Of a stretch of DNA of 64,000 bases, positions 10,809 through 22,870 are shown piece by piece. This DNA is from Trichoplax adhaerens (taxonomy: Eukaryota > Animalia > Placozoa), in the NCBI RefSeq assembly GCF_000150275.1, contig NW_002060969.1:496001-560000 (forward strand). The letters are read 5' to 3'. Under the pieces are notes generated by a model, which was not told where the DNA came from, did no database searches, and saw nothing but the letters and a program-made list of their open reading frames with translations. How positions within the stretch are numbered: position 1 is the stretch's first letter; each line of letters starts with the position of its first letter. The position numbers and the translations under genes were made by a program.

Positions 10809-13364
10809 TTAAAATGATGTATCATTGGCAGTTCTCAATTCCGAGATGCCATTCATCTCTTCAAAAAATTCATCAAGGCCATTAATTGGCTTCAATCCCG
10901 GTGCTATCTTACGACATAAAGGGCAGCGCCTACAATTATTAGCTTTCATCTCCTTAACACAGGAATCGCAACCAATAATTTGACCACAACAAGTTGCGAG
11001 AATAGCCGGTGGTTTAATTACATCTTCACAAATACAGCACGTAAATGTTTGCTTTGATCTATTCACAAAATTTTCGTATACTGGCCTTTTTTTGTTCATA
11101 AACGATTCGCAAGATTTAACATTAGATGCTGTACCCTCATCCTCATCCAGAAATATTAAAGGTATTTCAGAAGAAAATTCGACAATCATAATTTCAAAAA
11201 GAGAACGAAGGTCGCTTCCCGGCTATATTTTTAAAGTTGATTGGAACAGTCAAGTGTTGGGGAAACACAAAACCATAATTAATTAAAAAGTAATTGATAA
11301 GTAATGATTTTTACAAACCCATTTCCAATCTTCAAGATAGGATAAAGAAATCCGACAGTTAGAGTCAACCATACCAGTAGTTAAAAGTTCTTGGTTTTCC
11401 TCTGGGCTGATAAAACAAATCGGAGCAGATAATGGAAAGTTTTTTCGAAGATACAATGCGATTGGTACAGAGTGACGAACTCTTCGAAACTCAGCAGGAA
11501 TTACTAGAAAGAGGATTAAATAAAGCGCGTTAAGATAGTGTCATACGCCGGCGTGGTCTATGATCCGAATTTAGGATTAACGTAGAACTGTATGATCGGT
11601 AATCACAAACTAATTGCATTGTCTTATGCACAGGTGTATTTACGGGCTGTATGTACGCGGCAAAGGTGGCCATTAACATTTAAATCGTTACCATAAACTA
11701 TTAACCGCAAACAATAATCTTTTAATTATGTAGACTGCATAATATACGCAATTTGACACTTTTATCTAAAGAACTAATCGAGAAAAATAATTGCAGTAAA
11801 TTTCAAATTTCAATTATAGTACATGTAGTGATGCACCCATATTTGATTATACAGATAGCTATATTTGATATAGTTAGGTTGCTTTGAATAGATATTGCCG
11901 TCAAGAAGAGTAGTGACATAAGTAGAATGATTTAGATTTTCTACTTAGATTGTAGAAAATAATGATGTACTATTAGAGAAAAGTATTTTGTTTGATGACT
12001 TATGTCTGATTGTAGATTAATCAAGTTGTCATAAATGGATTTAATGAAACTGCAGAGATGAGCTCACAGAGGAGAAGAGACCTCACTTCCCTTTGAGCTT
12101 GGAATACTTTAGATTTTAGACTAGATTCTTGTAGTAATTAATTATTGCTCTACTATTCCTAAAACCTTGTAAGAAAAGCCTTTTAGAAAATACCATTGAC
12201 TAAGATAGCTATTGTGAGACGTAACTATTACAGTACATTAGGTAATTAACTATTCAAAAGACGTAAGATGAGGGTAAACTGTAGTAGATCAAAGAGATTG
12301 ACATTACTATAAAATTTTAGATAAAAGACTTAAAATAAAATTACTATATTATATTTATACACACTATTATATGGATTACTGAAACTGAACTTTGAAATTG
12401 GACAGTAAACTAGCAATTGCCTACGTCACTATACTATACTAATCTACAGCGCACACTACGAGAAGATAGTTCATGACTAACTAAAACCAACATTAGGATG
12501 TAACCTGAACGAGAATACCAATGGTACCTACCGGAACTATTTATGGGAACTGCTCCATTTATTGTTAATAACTGCTCAGCCCTTCCATCCGTGAAGACTG
12601 CAGATAAGATATCAATTAAGTAATCAATAGCCATTTTTAAAATTTTCATTGCGATACGTGAACAATAAAATTTACCTATTAAGATTGATTAATTGATTGA
12701 GTTTGTAATATTAATAAATCTTACCATGTTCTGATATCTTGATATCGAAAGAATTAAATAGCTTAACCGCATTTATTATTTCAGTAATAATTTCTGATCG
12801 ATAGCTGTACTACAGTGATTTAAAATACGAATGCAATATTACATGTTTGCAGGGTTATCATCAATTAATTACTCGTATATACACGTGTAAATTATCTCAA
12901 TTAATTCTTGCATGCTGTATTTTGGAACTTATGTATCATATAGTACTGTAATGACGTTAATATTAATATTATGACAAATCGTATTACAGAATGTAGATAG
13001 AACCGTGAAAAAAACTTAAATATGTACTCGTATATATTATACGTGTACAGTATACAGTATTTACAGTGTGACTGTGGCACTAAATTAGTCGAGTTAATAC
13101 AATCCACAGCCGAAATATAAAACTACAGTGTCATTTCGAGTTGAAACATTTCACTTTTTCACATTTGATTAACATACTAATTAGTATATTACCTAAATAA
13201 TAAAATCCATTTTACCGCAGTTTTACATACGTATACAGTACAGTACTGCAGATTTTAGTCTAAACTTTCGCATACAGTGTTCAATAACACTGACAGTCAC
13301 GGTTTTAGAGATAACAGTAGTGTACCTCGATCAGACATTTCGAAAGATGTTCTTGCAGCTCCAT
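10809..13364 (-). CDS. TSG101-type UEV domain fused to a C-terminal RING finger (~262 aa); exons 13364-13326, 12809-12725, 12597-12532, 11503-11319, 11222-10809
   Basis: All junctions are GT-AG and frame-compatible. Translation: MELQEHLSKCLIE|YSYRSEIITEIINAVKLFNSFDIKISEHV|FTDGRAEQLLTINGAVPINSSV|IPAEFRRVRHSVPIALYLRKNFPLSAPICFISPEENQELLTTGMVDSNCRISLSYLEDWKW|PGSDLRSLFEIMIVEFSSEIPLIF...CCICEDVIKPPAILATCCGQIIGCDSC...CPLCR. It aligns by eye with the TSG101 UEV (YKYRD, VFNDG, GTIP, PPICFV, YLHEWKHPQSDL). Exon 1 is the least certain. Confidence 0.85.
11978..12232 (-). repeat. Dispersed ~250 bp repeat, copy B, inside intron 3 of the UEV-RING gene
   Basis: Reverse-complement similarity to 3085-3337. 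Confidence 0.75.
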
Positions 13365-13378
13365 GAACTCTACGTGGC

Positions 13379-13909
13379 TGTGATATATACCAATCACGAG
13401 ATTCTAAATTTTAGAAAAATAAGGGCTTTATTGAATCTTATACAAAGATTAACTACACACAGCTCTACTCTAGCCGAATACTACCTCTAAAGACTTCTAC
13501 AACGAACTAACAGAATAATCTAAAGTTGTATGCTTTTATACTTTCCGTAGCATTCGCAGCTACAATCCGCATAGCAACCTTTTACCTTATTTTACACATA
13601 GTTAACTTATTCTTAGTAAGACTATTCTACTGCGGACCATCATTAATCCAACATGGATACGACTACAGTACTTACGTAGACATTATTCACACCAGCCAAA
13701 GTACAATAAATTAACCATATCCTAATATACTATGTATGATTTACAGTTCTATTTTTACCTATAACTTTATTAGTAACTCAACAGCTTACTGTATGTATAT
13801 AGTCATCTGTACTCTAGCATAGAGTCTATACCACTACAGTCTATAGTTATAGCTACCAGATACTGTACTGTACAGTACCGTATCTCTTAGGATAAATATC
13901 TACCGTACA
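13379..13909 (-). mobile_element. Solo-LTR-like element, copy 1 (~531 bp)
   Basis: Highly similar over its length to 26267-26799. Ends are TGT...ACA. On the minus strand there is a TATAAAAG (13533-13540) followed by AATAAA (13427-13432) near the 3' end. No TSD, PBS or PPT seen. Confidence 0.65.
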
Positions 13910-14509
13910 GTACAGTACATAGAAGCAGTGATGTGATAGCAATAAATAAATAAAAATGAAAATATTATAAAAAACACTGGTGTGTGTACAGTACAGTACC
14001 CAGGATAGACCGCTGTTACACGGTAAAAAGTTACTGAACCTCTGACAGGTCTATCAAATGGTAATACTATCTGTTAAATGAGCACATTATCGTAAACCGT
14101 CAGCAAAGCGACGGGAGTTTGCACTAGTGTCTTTAAATTATAAAGAAATGTACTTTAAATTTGGCTCAAATTCCATGCAGATAGATCAATAGTACAACCT
14201 TGAGCAATTGGCTCTTGATATTTGAAGTCACTTCGTAATATCGGTCTACTGTATACAGTACTGTACTGTACTGTACTGTACATATATATGCACTGTGCAG
14301 GTTGCTATACTGTAGTATTAATAAATAAAGAGTTTCAAAACATAATCTCGAAAGTGGTTCATACCAAGTGTATAGTACTGTACGTATATACTGTACGTTC
14401 CACCCTGTAAAGTCCCAAAGACTCTACCAAACCATCGACAGGTGTAAGTGTACAGTACTATGTATCTGTACGCGAACGTAGCATAACAAATACCGAAGTT
14501 ATTTCCGAA

Positions 14510-17500
14510 ATGGCTGATTCTAACGTTCATAGCGATGACAAGGTACAGTATATTTAAATTCTAGAATGATTATTAATTATCATTAACAATTATTTATCGG
14601 GAAGTTTAATTTAAGTTAATAGTAAATATTTCGCTATTCTTACAGATTGTATTTGAACAAGATGGAGTTTACATCCATACCGCCGTACCTTCTAACGAAG
14701 ATATTTGCGGTAAACTACGAATCGTTGACAAGGTCTGTTTACCAATCCTAAATCCTTAATACGTGTAGTTTAATGTGCTTTGGTAATGCAGCAAAGCCCT
14801 ACGAGTTGATTGCAATTTTCCGGAGCGGAGTCGGAGTAGAAAATTAGCAAATGACAGAACACTACTGTAGTGTACAGTATTCACGAACATTTAATTTTTC
14901 ATCTGCTTTCTGTATTGTGCATAAAAAAGTACAAATGTAACTGCAATACGCGCTATAGAAGGATTTGCTGATTTCGCCGCTTATATATTTCTTGAATTAT
15001 TCCATTACAAATGTAATAGAAATGATTCTATTGAATATACTATTTATACCAACCACCCTCCAGTATTATGTAACTCTTCCCGGTAGAATGTTTTAGATGG
15101 CTGTACGAACATAATCATTCATCATTCTGACTTTATATACAGTAAATACGAGTACGTGTGTATACTATAAATTTCATAGCCAGTATACGAACCTCCCTGA
15201 ACTGGTGCTTTTGTACTTTTACGTGGGCCTTTCGTTAGACTTGAAGCTGCTGTTCATAAATTTTTAGTAAACACTATTCTTTATGTTCTTTATATTGCTA
15301 CAATATCTAATGCTATTTAATTGTGTTATAGGATGGAAAATGTTACATTGCTTGGAAGCCAAATCAAATCGCCGATACTAGCCTAACCGCTACTTCAGTG
15401 TCTGGTTATCAAGAAGACGATCATGATTGGGCTTTCATTAATCCCTTCGAAGAAGCCATTTCAACAGCCTTCGGTGTGATCATATATATTCATTACTATG
15501 CGTGCATAGATAAATTTCTATCCGTAGTATTTAAATTATGTTATCATCGCTATAAAATATCCTTCGTTCGAAATCCATTTGCTTATTGCATTATTAAATT
15601 TATCAGCTGATGACTATTTTGCGTTTACTTAATTGATCCAATACTATTGATTGGGTTAGCACACCATCGAAGAATAAGGACATAAGATACTTTGCTAGTC
15701 GTAACATTACATTTAGAATACCTTAGTAGTTCATCTTTTGTTCTGTAGGTAATGATGGAAGCGATTGCGAAAAACTTATCCAAAGAGGATATAAAATGCA
15801 TATACGGCTATCTTCTTTGCATTCTATCAAGACTTCTGATTCAAATATGGGTTGGAAGTACTTAATATTTGTTCTCCAAGATGGAGCTGTTTTGCCCGCT
15901 CTCCATTTTCATAAAGGTGGCAGTAAAGAAGTATTACAGTTCTTAGAACGCTTTGTTTGGTTATCGATGTAAGTTTTACTATCTGTATGCCATGAGTATA
16001 AAGGTTCGTTCTCTTACACTTCGGTTATCGTATTATTTTGCATTTTAAATTTTCTGTAAATAGATCTCCAAGTAATCCCAACTGTTTACAAGTCATTGAT
16101 AACCGTAATGCCCTACATCATTCTTTAACTCAATTACAAATTTTTAATGAAGCGCCTTCAATGTCTGTATGTACTGTCGATAACGGCTAAAGAAAAATAG
16201 TAAAATTGTTACACTGCTAGTATGATAGTCATTTAAACAGAAACGCTGATCACTATTGCAGAGATTTTTGAAGGACGCTTACGTGGAAACAATGGTTGGC
16301 TTCTCTCGTGTGACTAAATTAATGTGGGATGCCTTTGGATCTGCAAATATAAACGAAATTGCTAATAATGAAAAAAAAATTGAAATTGATTGTACTCCGG
16401 GGATCGCCGTTAGTAGTTATGAACCTGGATTTGAATTCGTTACCTGTGTAAGACTTTCAAGTTTTACAACTGTTTGAAATGGTATCAAAAGTATAGGAAT
16501 TTTTTATTTCAACCTGTTTATGCGTCCATTATATTTTAGAACAAATTGGGGGATGACCCCGCAGTCTCTCGCTTAGAACCCTTAACAGATGTAGAATTTA
16601 CATCATTTTTTGACTCGCGAGGTTGTCTCGTTGAAATTGATAAGTTTTTGGAACGTGCTTTTCGCGGGGTGAGTAATTTGGGCAATTATTTCCCCTTTTT
16701 CATACCTATAATTTTGGCTATTGGAGTAATCAGTCACTTTTGGGTCTAAAAATAGGGTTTAGGCCATGGTATTAGACAAGAAGCTTGGAAGTATTTACTA
16801 AATTACTATAGCTTTGACTTTAACAACGAAATGAAACTTGATCGAAAGCACCAAAAGACGTCTGTACTACAGTTTTCTTCATTTCGCAGGCACGTACAGT
16901 TTAACATATTTTAATCTACATTTGTTAGAGGTGAATATCACTCAATTAAACAACAATGGCAGTTAATTACACCAACTCAGGAGAAGAATTTTAAAGAATT
17001 TCGTCTCCGTAAAAGTACCGTAGGTAAAATATATTGGTTTTGCTCTAAATGTTCTTACTATTATACTGATACCACTATTGCATATGCGTTATTCTTCTTT
17101 CGTCTAAAATCATTATACAGCAGAAAATAGTATTCAACGTTTAATGACTTCACTGACATATTACAGAAAAGGATGTACTACGAACAGATAGGACGCACGA
17201 GTTTTATAAGGGTGAAGATAATCCCAATGTGAAGAAATTATACAACATACTATTGACGTACAGTTTTTATAACTTTGATTTAGGTCTGCATATCAGAACT
17301 TGTTTAAAGCATATAAATTTTACACTCTTATGTATGATGCTATAAATACTTTTTCTTATTCAAGTGCAATTCTTTTCTTTGTTAGGATATGTTCAAGGAA
17401 TGAGTGATTTAGTCTCTCCTATATTATTTGTGATGGAAAATGAAGCGGACACATTTTGGTGTTTTGTCGGCTTGATGGAAAGAATCGTGAGGATAAGAAA

Positions 17501-18295
17501 TATTTATTTTTCCTTTCAGGTTTTATACCGACGTAATAACAGTAGTTTCCGTTACTGGTTTAAAAAGGGTTCGAACTTTGATATCGATCAGAAAGAAATA
17601 CAGAAACAACTGAGTCTACTTTACGGACTAATAAGATTCGTAGATCCGGAATTTTGTAACTACTTAGGTAATCACATATTTAAATAATACGTTACTACTT
17701 TTTTAGCCAGTCGTAAGGAAACAGTTGTAAAATGAGACGCACTTGGATTCGAATTACAGATACTCACGATTCCAATAACCTCTACTTCTGTTTCCGTTGG
17801 CTTTTGGTCTTATTTAAAAGAGAATTCACGTTCCAAGAAACTATGTTATTGTGGGAGGTAGGTTGAAGAATGATCTTCAAACCGAATTCATAGAAGACAT
17901 CTCATTTCTGCTTGTTATACATAGGTCTTGTGGAGTCAAAGATTATCACAGCATTTTTTACTATTTATCTGCTTGGCCATAATTATGAACCAGAAGCAAG
18001 TCATTGTTTCTAATAATTACGGATTTAACGAAATCATAAAAGTAGGGAGTAGCAACCGACTTTAAGCCTCTTCTGTTAGTTAGCTCAGTTATTTCCTATC
18101 AAAATTTTGATCATTTAGAGAATTTTCTGAGTTTTCATTTCTTCTTGTTAGCATGTGAATGAACTAGCTTTGAAACTAAACTTGGAAGACATCCTTAAGA
18201 AAGCTGAGACAATGTTTATTCAAGTTAAGAGATGCAAAACTATGCCTAGCAATATTAAAGAACTCACTGAGACTCCTAATTCCTTTGGCCCGTAA
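14510..18295 (+). CDS. TBC1D15: TBC1 domain family member 15/17 (Rab7 GAP-type), multi-exon
   Basis: Exons encode VFEQDGVYIH, LPALHFHKGG, ETMVGFSRVT, EPGFEFV, EKDVLRTDR (arginine finger), GYVQGMSDL (glutamine finger), NLYFCFRWLLVLFKREF and GFNEIIKHVNEL. ATG at 14510, TAA at 18293-18295. May represent the common ancestor of TBC1D15 and TBC1D17. Confidence 0.92.
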
Positions 18296-19472
18296 TCCTT
18301 AAAATTTCTTTACATCAATCTCAACTTGTAAAATCTGAAAAAACGCTGGACAAGATACCTTTAATCAAGTCGTAAATACCCGGAACTTAATTAATAAAGT
18401 GTTTTCGAATTAAACATATAGGACCCAAATTTGGTGTACAATTGAACATTTTTGCTAATTTACGTTCATTGCATCTGTAGATAAGATAAATACTTTAAAT
18501 CTTGAAGGCTATCTAAAATGTAGGTCTTAAATATGCTCTAATTACCATTAATCGAATCCAGATTGTATCTACGATATAATAACATTCTAGGATAAAAATG
18601 TCTGATTGGCGATTTAACCACGTTACTAAATATACGCTATATACAAAGTGGTATAGTATTTTACAAGATGTAGATCAAGCCAGTGTAAGGCTCCTAAACA
18701 ATATACGGTATGCATAGCAGTTGTAGTATTACCTGCCTAGATAATCAAGTGTACTCGTACGCTCTCAGAGATTCAATAAAATGCTGTTGAGTCTTTCCAT
18801 TACCGCCGGTTCGGGTTACTAAACAAGACAACAATACTTACTAAAATTTCACGACATAAACTACTGAATATCGCAATTGATTGCAAAGTAGAATAAAATT
18901 GTGAACCTTAATACTATGGTGCGTATTTCAAGTATTTGATAGATTTGGGCTAGTGTCTACAACACTTCTTTAAATGTTAAAGTTGGTTATCGCAATATTC
19001 GTACATCTTGTTATCACACTAATCATGAGCGGCCATATCTAATATTCATCAATTACCATACTCTATTTCTAAAATCTTCCCGAGTGCCAACGGTCAATTG
19101 TATCATGATACAGACCATTTGGCTGCTAATTTCGCAAGCAGTTTGAATACCTTTCAATAGCGTATATGTTGAGTGAAATATATAAATTGCAATAATTGGG
19201 ACTGCTTTAATTGGTATAGCTTATTACTCTTTCTGATATCATGACTCTAAAAATATCATTATCTACATAGTTGCAAATGAAATTGACACTTTGTCTTAAA
19301 CACCACCTTTTTGAGAAACATGTGCAATACAATCCCAAAAGCTTTTTATTCACTAAACAAGTAACATGTGCTAGCAACTACCGCTACTATTTCTTTATTG
19401 TTTTAAGTAGAAGTAAAATAAAGCTTCTTTAACCCGAATGTAATTCTAATCCATTCGTTCTAGGAAAGATTT

Positions 19473-22400
19473 CTAGGATTTGCTTATTTTACTATGAATC
19501 CATTCAAGATATTCATCGACTCTAGTATAAACTCCGTAATAATTTGGTTTAGCGCAGCCTAAGAAAGATAAACATGATTAAAAACTTATATGGCAAAGTA
19601 AGCGCTATACTAGCACTCCGGTCTAATAACTCGTGAAAATACTATTTTAATGTAGCGTTAGTAAGGACTGGAATAAAGTTTGTATCATAGAAATATAGTG
19701 ACTTTTTACCAATAAGGTAAAATGCGGGAAATCGTTGAGCAGAATGGTTTATTTTTATATCTTACCACGGCCCCAGCTAACAACACCGCCTAAAACTTCA
19801 TCCCCTTGATGGTTCTTGCAGACTAGTGGGCCACCACTGTCACCTTGACAGCCGTCTTTACCTCCTTTGGCATATCCAGCACACATCATCTTAGAAGCAA
19901 TTTCGCCGCCATAAGAAATGAGAGCATTACATTTTTCATTACTAATGACTGGAACATCTGTCTCACGTAGCCCTTCTTCAGCTAGCATACCATCATCGCT
20001 TGTTCCCCAACCACTAACTGAACACATTTTGCCTAGAAAGTGATCATTTTGGGCAGCTAGCTGAATCAATTTGACTTTGTCATTTAGCTCAGCTGGATGT
20101 GCAAGTTTAAAAATGGCAATATCGTTTTCTTTTGTTTTTCTCGAGTACTTCTCATGTTTGATTCTATCATATTCACAATAAAGTTTAACGATAAGTAGTT
20201 ACTTAAAAGAGTAAACACGCCAGTAGAATCGACTAGTAATTATTGCTATATCTTCTAGCAGTACTATTTCCCTGCCAATTATAACGAATTCTAAATTTCT
20301 AAAATTTATAATACGTGTCTTAATTTTAAATCAATAATACACGTATATGACAATTTCACTTTCGTTAAATTTATTAAGCACGGTAAGAGGTCAGCATATT
20401 AAATCATAACTAAAAATAGATCAGGCTCAACCAAAATTCTCATCATTTATGGTACCCTACTGTACTGTACCTTCCAGGAGAATACAGTACAGTGATATCT
20501 AATATGATCATACAGTGTAATTGTGTGAATTTACTGTCTTGTACTGTACGTACAGACTGTAATGTTAATTAGTAGTCACTACAATGTGTATTACCGATCA
20601 GTAGATCTACAATACTTATTATTGGGTACAAGACTCATTTTAAGATTATACGTTGATTCCATGGCCTTCTCTTCACGTCCTTAATTTCTCTGCCACGAGG
20701 CTAACCTGTCTCTGTGTCGTCTACTAACTCTAACTGTAAATAAATGCTATCTACGCTTAATCATCCTGCCTTCATCTCCAACAAGAATGTCTAACACTAC
20801 ACACACTACTGTTTTTATAGCCTTGAATTACTTTACTACTCATACACCACATGTTATTTTACAGTACTTCAATTCAGTCTTTTTCTAATTATGATTAAGA
20901 TATACAATCGGTATAAACATAGGAGGTTCAATAGAGAATTGTGAGTAAAATTTTTAAAATATCATTTTTACCTCTTTTCAATTTCAATCTTTTGTTGACT
21001 TTCCTCCTCCTTAAGAATGTTGTGGGCCCCTAAAATGGCCTCAAATTTCTCATTTGGAATTCGATCGACGACACAATGTGCAGCTGTAATGACATACTGC
21101 TTAGAAATTAAAGAACCGCCGCAAAAGAACTCTCCTGATCTGACTAACGCAACTTGGTATGGTCGACTATGAGGTATACTTTCAATTCCACCAATTATTC
21201 TGTCTTCTTCCAAGTCATCAATGAATCGGTCGTCATTTACCGCTATTCAAGCCATACGGGATTTGATCAAAATAGATATCAGATGAAGTGAATTATTAAA
21301 TAGATAGAAATGAATGCGCATATACCGTACTATAGTAGTACCGGTTTATGATTACGAGTCCATTCTGACAGTATAAATCGATGTTAATTGTAATACGTGT
21401 TCAAAATAAACGAATTAATGCCGTAATAATAGCAAAATTCTTTTTGTAAGAAATTTTTTAGCTTAGTCTAAAACTACTTTAAAGATAGTGCAAATTACTA
21501 AAATATCTACCTCGATCACGAAATAGGCTTGCTCCTAATTTAACAGTATCCCTTAGATTTCGATTTGGCGCTTAATAAAGAAAAAAGTAATAAAATATAA
21601 ATTAGAAAAGATCTCTTGAATTTCGTTATATTAATAAATATGATAGAAAGACTTCTGTGTATAAAGGAGTGAAAATTAAATCCATGACTACATAGTTGCT
21701 TCATTAATAGTGCAGTAACTAGCTAACTCCCGACCTTTTGCCTTTGTACAGTAGCTAAAATCAGTAGCGGTGAGTAAATAATATAAATTAGCATCAAAAA
21801 TCGTTTCAGAATAATGTAACCGTAAAATACGAAAATCATAATTTACAGCTAGGTATATCGATCATCTACGTTGTTACCTATAAACAATAATTGAACATTT
21901 TATAATGCATTAAAATTAGTAATAAGATACCCATTATGGTGAAGTGGTAGACATACGGGTAATATATATATTGCCTCTTCATACAAAGATAATTAAGTAA
22001 AACAATTCTTCATACAACCGTATCTTATCCTATATTACTGTATATGCAATTTAATGAGTAGGACTTCGCTAATAATTTCAGAAAATGTTTCATTAACAAA
22101 TTATTACTTGATGCAAATACGTTGCTTGCAGATTAACTGATCGTAAGATCACACACAGTACAGTACTTTGATAAAAACATTTATCGAATATGATTCAAAT
22201 TACTTAGTTAAAAGTTTCAGCCGAATTTCGTTACCTCCTTGACTTAAAATGAAATTCACTATGATGGTACTAATTTAAACGAATCGCTTTGTAGTATTCA
22301 GTACTCGCTCACTCACAATACTGTATACCTGTAGGGCTTATTTTCATATTTATTCTTATTAGTCATTGACTAATGTCATTTACTGTATTAACATACTCCT

Positions 22401-22790
22401 ACATTATAACTTCGTGCATCACATTGTTAAATACTATCTACAGTTAGGATAAGTTAATATCCAATACAAAACTATCCTATGGCAATATTAATTAAACTTT
22501 TTTAGGCGAATAATTACATACTCGGCTTCTGTTAACTTTTGAAAGTTAAGTTGTATCATTAATTACTGTAGCTAATCTAATAATGGCACATATGGTTATA
22601 TTGGGCAGTTACACATAATAGATGCCTTTATAATAATATAAGGTAGTATTTTGTATCTTTAGTAACTATAGTAGCCAAGTTTTATGTCAAAATCGCAACG
22701 TTTAACATTATGTTCAATGTTTCAGCAGCTACCTGCCATACAGAAAGCCATAAGACCAAAAATGGTCCAAAGACGGATTACATGTAGCAT
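19473..22790 (-). CDS. Secreted trypsin-like serine protease (S1A) zymogen, 5 exons
   Basis: Signal-peptide exon MLHVIRLWTIFGLMAFCMA (22790-22733) and a propeptide exon (~21570-21511). Activation site DR|IIGG; catalytic triad motifs TAAHC, NDIA and GDSGGP; Asp at the S1 pocket (KDGCQGDSGG); last exon CAKPNYYGVYTRVDEYLEWI. Confidence 0.93.
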
Positions 22791-22861
22791 TTCACCTATC
22801 GTATAGACATAAAATAATATGTCAGACCTAGAGAATATTTAATCCTTAGTTACAAAGCTAT

Positions 22862-22870
22862 CTTTTTATA
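22862..22870 (-). promoter_or_regulatory. Candidate TATA box of the trypsin gene
   Basis: TATAAAAAG on the minus strand ~70-80 bp upstream of the ATG at 22790. The AT-rich background limits certainty. Confidence 0.45.

Noticed and set aside
10809-13364. Calling this gene the canonical TSG101 or UEVLD orthologue
   Set aside because: It lacks the coiled coil/steadiness box and the LDH domain; the ORF ends after a RING finger.
15556-15563. ATATCCTT as a U12 AT-AC donor in TBC1D15
   Set aside because: It lies inside an intron already explained by in-frame GT-AG sites; no matching exon boundary.
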